Shown piece by piece: positions 54,397-59,125 of a stretch of DNA of 59,125 nucleotides. The notes beneath the pieces were generated by a model that was given only the letters and a program-made list of their open reading frames with translations, ran no database searches and was not told where the DNA came from. A program made the translations under genes and the position numbers. The DNA is from Eubacteriales bacterium (GTDB taxonomy: Bacteria; Bacillota; Clostridia; Oscillospirales; CAG-272), in assembly GCA_045588715.1 (NCBI GenBank), contig JAZNEQ010000168.1, positions 1-59,125 on the forward strand, in the 5' to 3' direction. Position 1 is the stretch's first letter. Every line of letters begins with the position of its first letter.

Positions 54397-56661
54397 ATGA
54401 AGATCATAAAACGAATTTTAGCGATCGTATTAATCCTTGCAACCTTCCCGTTGATTGCCATTCCTGCCTCGGCTGAGCTTGCGATTTACGGAGAGCAGGA
54501 TCTCCAATCGGTTGCCGTAGGAAAAATGCTGAGCACAAGTGATGGTTTTGGAGCTGTTCCCGCGGTCTCCACAGTGCGGGAAGAGAACGGCGGCAATCGA
54601 TACGTGCGTATTCCGTTTGTGGGAGTGGAGGACACGTCAAGCACCTCAAACTGGGATAAATCACTTACGGCGAAGCATGCGGCGTTGGATAGCGGCGAGA
54701 GCTTTACCTTCGAGGTAAGCTACCGTCCTCATTTTAACGGTGCATCCAACGCCTCTCCGACAGTGGAGGCACAATTTCTTTCATACAGCTTTAAAAATCC
54801 GAGCGGAAAAACCGAAAACGGTATTTTTATGAATCTGTATAAGATCGATCTTGCAACCGGAAGGATCACCGGGTGCGGAGAGATCGTTGAAGGAGCACGC
54901 GGTCTGATCCTTGACGAATGGAACCGTGTAAAAATGGTATTTGATCCCGTTAGCAGTACGTTTAAGCTTTACGTCAACGATGCATTGTATTCTGTGCAAT
55001 CCTCGCAGACGCACGTGGTGGCAGGTTTTGCAAAATCCTATCAGGGCGGTTGCTCCGACGTGAAAATTTCGGACAACCGGTTGATTCTTGCCAAGTGCAA
55101 CAAGAATAAAGGCGCGTACGTTGCGACAGAGGATCAGGAGAATGCCACTTATATCGACGTGGATAATATCCGTGTATACGAAACAAAAAAAATAAAGTAT
55201 ACCTTCAACGGTGAGGAAGCCTATGCGGGGGAGGGAAGCATGCTCAATCTGACCGCAGGCAATAAAAAGCTTTTGTGGGCAACCGTAGAGCTTGCAAACG
55301 GAGAACAGTATACAACCGACGATCCGATGATCGAGCTTGAGGAAGGCATGAAGATCAACGCCGCTTCGATCAATTTCGGGAGTGTGTGTGCCGAGGCGCG
55401 TCTTTGTAAGCCGCTGGGGCTTCGCTTTATTACAAGGATCGATCGGGCAGATCTTGAGGCGTTGCGCGCAAGAGCGGACGTAAAGAACGTTGAGCTCGGA
55501 ACCGCGATCCTTCCCACACTGTCGATCAAAGGAATCGGAAAAATTTCGGCCGAAAGCTTAAAAAAGGTCGGACACGTCCTTCTTCCCATGAAGGATTGGT
55601 ACGAGACAAATGAAGAAAACGGCGTGGCAACCTTTGCGGGGTCGATCGCAAATATCAAGAAAGAAAACTACAACCGTGAATTTACGGGTGTTGGGTATTT
55701 GAAAATTATTTTTACCGATGACACGGAAATGCTTGTGTATGCATCAAGCACCATTGATTCAAAAAATACCGCATCGCTGACACAGGCGGCAGGAAAACAG
55801 TTGTCATCAGGAAACGCCAAAGGAGAAGCGAAGGAGGTTATGAAAGAATTGAAAGAGATGTATAACAGCGACGCTGTAGAGCTTTACGGAAAGGACCTGC
55901 AAGGACTTAACGTATTGGCATTTGGGGACAGCTTGTTTGCAGGAACGATTGGTTATCCGCAAGCAGCGCAATGGGTCAACCGACTTGGTATAGAGTGCGG
56001 ATGGAATCTGACCAATCTTGGGATCAGCAGTATGACGGTGTCGTGGACAGAACGGAATAACGACAGTAGCCGCGGCAATAAAAATTCGATGTACGATTGG
56101 ATGTTCAACGACAAAAACGATTTTTGTTGGGGCTCTGCGTCAAAAAATACGGGAGTCAATCCGTTTTTTCATACGGGAGCGCCCAATCGGGAAAGACCCG
56201 AGGACGTGGATCTGATCATTCTTGAGGGGGGATGTAACGATTACGGTACGGCGATCGCGGCACCCTTGGGGACTTTGGATTCGCACGATCCCGCTACGTT
56301 TCTCGGCGCATGGAATTGTATTACCGAAAGGCTTCTTGAAGAGTATCCCAATGCGGTTATCGTATTTTTGACTACCTGGAGATTAAATCCGCAAACGCGC
56401 GATGGGGACTCCCTGACCTCCATCGAATTTTCCGAAAGCGTGATCGATCTTTATAACGCAAACTATGCCGACAATGTGCGCGTCGCCTTGATCGATGCGG
56501 GCAATCCTGCGGTTTCAGGCGTAAATATGCTGGACAATGGCTGGAGGCAGACCTATTCAGCCGATTCCTACCACTTAAAGGATACGGGGATGGCGATCAT
56601 GGCAAAGAATATGCTTCCGCTTTTGTGGCAGATCTTAAAAGATACCGGCAAGATCGATTGA
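54397..56661 (+). CDS. Secreted multidomain protein: LamG/concanavalin-like N-terminal region plus a C-terminal SGNH/GDSL hydrolase
   Basis: Signal peptide ending ASA-EL. A LamG-like pattern (WNRVKMVFDPVSSTFKLYVND). SGNH blocks FGDSLF, GGCNDY and DSYHL. AAGGAG RBS. Confidence 0.78.
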   Translation: MKIIKRILAIVLILATFPLIAIPASAELAIYGEQDLQSVAVGKMLSTSDGFGAVPAVSTVREENGGNRYVRIPFVGVEDTSSTSNWDKSLTAKHAALDSGESFTFEVSYRPHFNGASNASPTVEAQFLSYSFKNPSGKTENGIFMNLYKIDLATGRITGCGEIVEGARGLILDEWNRVKMVFDPVSSTFKLYVNDALYSVQSSQTHVVAGFAKSYQGGCSDVKISDNRLILAKCNKNKGAYVATEDQENATYIDVDNIRVYETKKIKYTFNGEEAYAGEGSMLNLTAGNKKLLWATVELANGEQYTTDDPMIELEEGMKINAASINFGSVCAEARLCKPLGLRFITRIDRADLEALRARADVKNVELGTAILPTLSIKGIGKISAESLKKVGHVLLPMKDWYETNEENGVATFAGSIANIKKENYNREFTGVGYLKIIFTDDTEMLVYASSTIDSKNTASLTQAAGKQLSSGNAKGEAKEVMKELKEMYNSDAVELYGKDLQGLNVLAFGDSLFAGTIGYPQAAQWVNRLGIECGWNLTNLGISSMTVSWTERNNDSSRGNKNSMYDWMFNDKNDFCWGSASKNTGVNPFFHTGAPNRERPEDVDLIILEGGCNDYGTAIAAPLGTLDSHDPATFLGAWNCITERLLEEYPNAVIVFLTTWRLNPQTRDGDSLTSIEFSESVIDLYNANYADNVRVALIDAGNPAVSGVNMLDNGWRQTYSADSYHLKDTGMAIMAKNMLPLLWQILKDTGKID

Positions 56662-56697
56662 TTCTTAAATCATCAAAAATCTTTTATATAGAAAATC

Positions 56698-56750
56698 AGC
56701 AAGCCATAAGCAATTCTTCAAACGCTGCTTATGGCTTGCTTTTGTATTTT
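56698..56750. terminator. Bidirectional terminator between the SGNH gene and spoVT
   Basis: agcaagccataagca...tgcttatggcttgct followed by TTTGTATTTT. Confidence 0.8.
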
Positions 56751-56752
56751 AT

Positions 56753-57310
56753 TTAACTTTCCAATTGCCTACCAAGAAATCCGGCGGCGGTCAGTACAAG
56801 CTTTGCTTCTACCTCGTTTGAGGGGATCTCTCGGCGTGTATCAAAGGGGAGCTCCGATACGGCGGCGACACAGCCCACAATATCTCCCTCGCTGATAATG
56901 GGCATGGCACACCTCACGTAATGATTACCCCCTTCGCTAAGAACGGGCACAGGCTCGCTGTCCTCACGGCAAACGTAAAGGGCGCGCTTTTCAATAATTT
57001 CCTCCAGCTCCTTTGAAATCATTTTGTCGCTGTATTCCTTTTTGGAAACTCCCGCGCAAGCGATCACCGCGTCTCTGTCACTGATAATAACAGAGAGAGA
57101 ACAGGTCTTATAAAGTGTTTCCGCATATTGCGAAGCAAACGCCGCAAGCTCGCCGATAGGGGAGTACTTTTTAAAAATGACCTCTCCCTCGCGGTCGGTA
57201 TAAATTTCAAGAGGGTCACCCTCGCGAATCCGCATAGTTCTTCTGATTTCTTTGGGAATGACGACACGGCCAAGGTCGTCAATTCTTCTTACAATTCCTG
57301 TGGCTTTCAT
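56753..57310 (-). CDS. spoVT: Stage V sporulation protein T (AbrB-type SpoVT with a GAF-like C-terminal domain)
   Basis: MKATGIVRRIDDLGRVVIPKEIRRTMRIREGDPLEIY, the SpoVT/AbrB swapped-hairpin N-terminus. At 185 aa it matches the SpoVT length. Confidence 0.92.
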   Translation of the reverse strand: MKATGIVRRIDDLGRVVIPKEIRRTMRIREGDPLEIYTDREGEVIFKKYSPIGELAAFASQYAETLYKTCSLSVIISDRDAVIACAGVSKKEYSDKMISKELEEIIEKRALYVCREDSEPVPVLSEGGNHYVRCAMPIISEGDIVGCVAAVSELPFDTRREIPSNEVEAKLVLTAAGFLGRQLES

Positions 57311-57438
57311 TTGTATAAATCTCCTTTTTCATAACGGCTCGGTGCTTTGCGCCGAGCGACGTGAAACGATCTGCATGGTAGATACCGCAAAGCGATACTT
57401 TCACGCCTGATCTTACTTGTTATACAGATTTGTACTGT

Positions 57439-57467
57439 TAGTATCTGCGAAGTAAGGGGATTTATTC
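57439..57467 (-). promoter_or_regulatory. Candidate forespore sigma-G/sigma-F-type promoter for spoVT
   Basis: Minus strand GAATA, 17 nt, GATACTA, compared with the sigma-G consensus GHATR-N17/18-CATxxTA. Confidence 0.3.
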
Positions 57468-57552
57468 TATGAATTGTGAATTTGGTTAATGTCTTTGATG
57501 ATCGATTTGTAGAACATGGGGAGAACTTGGCTAAAATCATCATTGATAAAAG

Positions 57553-57585
57553 CTCTTTGACTTTTGCGGTCAGAGGGCTTTTATT
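57553..57585 (-). terminator. Weak imperfect hairpin after the AraC gene
   Basis: The gccctctgac/gtcaaagagc arms have 2 mismatches on the minus strand, followed by TTTT. Confidence 0.35.
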
Positions 57586-58383
57586 TTACAAGCTTTCGCG
57601 GATGTGATTTTTTCTGTATTTTTCAGGAGAAACGCCATAATATTTTTTGAAGGCTCTTGAAAAAACGGAAGGTTCATACCCGACGGCGTTGGCAACAGAG
57701 GTGACTGTGGCATCGGGGAGTAAAAGAATTTCTGATGCTTTTTGCATGCGCACCTGCGTTAGATACTTTTGGGGAGAGATGCCGGTTTTTTCTTTAAACA
57801 GCTCATACAGATAACTACGGTTTAAACCGATACGGTCGGAAAGCTGTTGAATCGTTAGGCTTGGTTGATGGTAACCGATATCCATGTAACGCTTTGCTCG
57901 GGAGACATAATTGTCTTGTGTGTTTTCAGGGAAAGAAGACGAGATGCCGAGAAGGGCGTGTAGAAAGTAAAACATTTTTTCTCCCAACAAAAAGTCGTTT
58001 TTTGGATCGGAAGAATCAAAGATGCGGACCATTTCCGAAAGAAGATCCAAAAGGTACTTGTGACCATGCCAAGAAAAAGAAGGTTTCGCTTTTGAAATGG
58101 AGGATTGAGAAAAAAGCGCATCTGCGCTTTTCCCGGAAAGAGATACCCAAGCCAGATTCCAAGGAGTGACCGTGTCCGCGATTTCGGTTTTCGTTTGCCC
58201 CGGAAAGGTTACCATACATTCGCCTTCTTTTAGAGTATAACGCATTCCGTCCACTATGAAAAAACCGCAGCCCTTTGTGCAGAACTGAATGCAATAATAA
58301 TCGCAGATGCAAGGACCGTATACGTGTCCTGCGGGAAGCTGTTCGTGATTCCCACAGTGATGAATCGATACAGAAAAATCCAT
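57586..58383 (-). CDS. AraC family transcriptional regulator (cupin-like N-terminus)
   Basis: C-terminal HTH pair (IQQLSDRIGLNRSYLYELFKEKTGISPQKYL...VTSVANAVGYEPSVFSRAFKKYYGVSPEKY). Confidence 0.9.
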   Translation of the reverse strand: MDFSVSIHHCGNHEQLPAGHVYGPCICDYYCIQFCTKGCGFFIVDGMRYTLKEGECMVTFPGQTKTEIADTVTPWNLAWVSLSGKSADALFSQSSISKAKPSFSWHGHKYLLDLLSEMVRIFDSSDPKNDFLLGEKMFYFLHALLGISSSFPENTQDNYVSRAKRYMDIGYHQPSLTIQQLSDRIGLNRSYLYELFKEKTGISPQKYLTQVRMQKASEILLLPDATVTSVANAVGYEPSVFSRAFKKYYGVSPEKYRKNHIRESL

Positions 58384-58440
58384 GAGGAAGCTCCTTTTTG
58401 AGAATACAACATTTTACACGAAAATACTAACATAAAAATC

Positions 58441-58469
58441 TTTACAAGTCAAGACACACATGATATAAT
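58441..58469 (+). promoter_or_regulatory. Sigma-A-type promoter for the oxidoreductase gene
   Basis: TTTACA, 17 nt, (TGa)TATAAT. Confidence 0.6.
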
Positions 58470-58493
58470 TTTCAAAAAAAAGGAGGCGAAACT

Positions 58494-59125
58494 ATGAAAA
58501 AATATAAAGTGGGCATGGTAGGTGTAGGCAGAGGAACGGCATACGGATGTGTATTTTCACAACATCCGGATACAGAGGTTGTGGCGCTTTGTGACCTGAA
58601 CGGAGATGCTTTGTCGAAAAACGGAAAGGATTTTGGTCTTTCTGATAGCTGTCTTTTTGAAAACTATGAAGATATGCTGAATGCAGATGTGGATATCGTT
58701 GTGTTGGGAACGCCCATCCCGTTTCATGCACAACAAACGATTCAGGCCATGGAAGCAGGAAAGCACGTGCTTTGTGAAGTAACCGCAGCAGATAATATCC
58801 CGGATTGTGTCCGTATGGTAGAAGCGGTGCGGAGATCCAAAGCAAAATTTATGCTGGCTGAATACTGCAATTATATGCATTTTGTAATGGACTGGAATAA
58901 AGAAATCAAAGCCGGGAAGATAGGCATGCCGTTTTACGCAGAGGCTGACTACGTACATGAAATTCGCAGCCTGGTCGACGGAAAATGGCGGGCAAACCGC
59001 GCACCTCTGCATTACTGCTCTCACAGCTTGGGGCCGGTTTTGATGTGGATGGATGACTATATCGTGCGTTGCACGGCATCGGGCATTCGGTCCCGTTGCT
59101 TTGAAACGCCAACCGACGGGAATAT
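58494..59125 (+). CDS. Gfo/Idh/MocA family oxidoreductase (3' end outside the window)
   Basis: My own translation is MKKYKVGMVGVGRGTAYGCVFSQHPDTEVVALCDL...AGKHVLCEV, a Rossmann NAD(P)-binding N-terminus. AGGAGG RBS. The ORF is open to the window end. Confidence 0.85.
   Translation, partial: MKKYKVGMVGVGRGTAYGCVFSQHPDTEVVALCDLNGDALSKNGKDFGLSDSCLFENYEDMLNADVDIVVLGTPIPFHAQQTIQAMEAGKHVLCEVTAADNIPDCVRMVEAVRRSKAKFMLAEYCNYMHFVMDWNKEIKAGKIGMPFYAEADYVHEIRSLVDGKWRANRAPLHYCSHSLGPVLMWMDDYIVRCTASGIRSRCFETPTDGN

Noticed and set aside
1-59125. A scan for tRNA/rRNA genes, CRISPR arrays, IS elements, integrases, phage genes, toxin-antitoxin pairs and defence-type ATPase/nuclease modules.
   Set aside because: None were recognised. 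All intergenic gaps longer than 100 bp are explained by promoters, terminators or leaders, and all large ORFs have plausible housekeeping, transport or envelope assignments. This was a by-eye scan, so small ncRNAs cannot be excluded.

Overview
This is a 59.1-kb chromosomal segment from a spore-forming Firmicute. The gene order is Clostridia-like, with PolC, MecA, SpoVT and DpaA/DpaB present. I count about 47 intact protein genes, mostly on the + strand, plus two abutting gene fragments. By eye I found no rRNA, tRNA, CRISPR array, transposase, integrase or phage genes.

Gene blocks in order:
1. dnaK (5'-truncated by the window edge)-dnaJ-prmA.
2. A divergent AraC regulator and a 1070-aa DUF5107/TPR protein.
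3. The conserved pyrH-frr-uppS-cdsA-dxr-rseP-ispG-polC block, with several overlapping stop/start junctions.
4. mecA, nnr, a HAD-IIA phosphatase, secG and an orphan LacI regulator.
5. Lipid kinase-plsC-PHP phosphatase-glyA.
6. A ComEC-like protein, dpaA-dpaB, a short M50 protease and an alpha/beta hydrolase.
7. potABCD behind a long leader.
8. A decayed phosphate locus, where the 3' fragment of a PhoU-domain Na/Pi cotransporter gene meets the 3' fragment of a PhoR-like kinase gene.
9. coaW, rqcH and trxB-trkA-trkH.
10. An envelope/accessory cluster: an M3-like lipoprotein, an ATPase-first sugar-type ABC transporter, two lipoproteins and a LamG-like/SGNH secreted esterase.
11. spoVT, a second AraC regulator and a partial Gfo/Idh/MocA oxidoreductase.

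I do not see a convincing new multi-gene system such as a defence, mobile or toxin module. The window is mostly housekeeping. The observations most worth a second look are:
- the PhoR/Na-Pi deletion scar;
- two unrelated solute-binding proteins that each carry an N-terminal lipobox and a C-terminal TM anchor;
- a ComEC-like protein whose metallo-beta-lactamase motifs are all replaced;
- the uncharacterised DUF5107/TPR and M3-like lipoprotein genes;
- perfect palindromes sitting on both transcription start regions of the lacI/lipid-kinase divergent promoters.

All functional calls rest on motif recognition in the translated ORFs. No database search was run.
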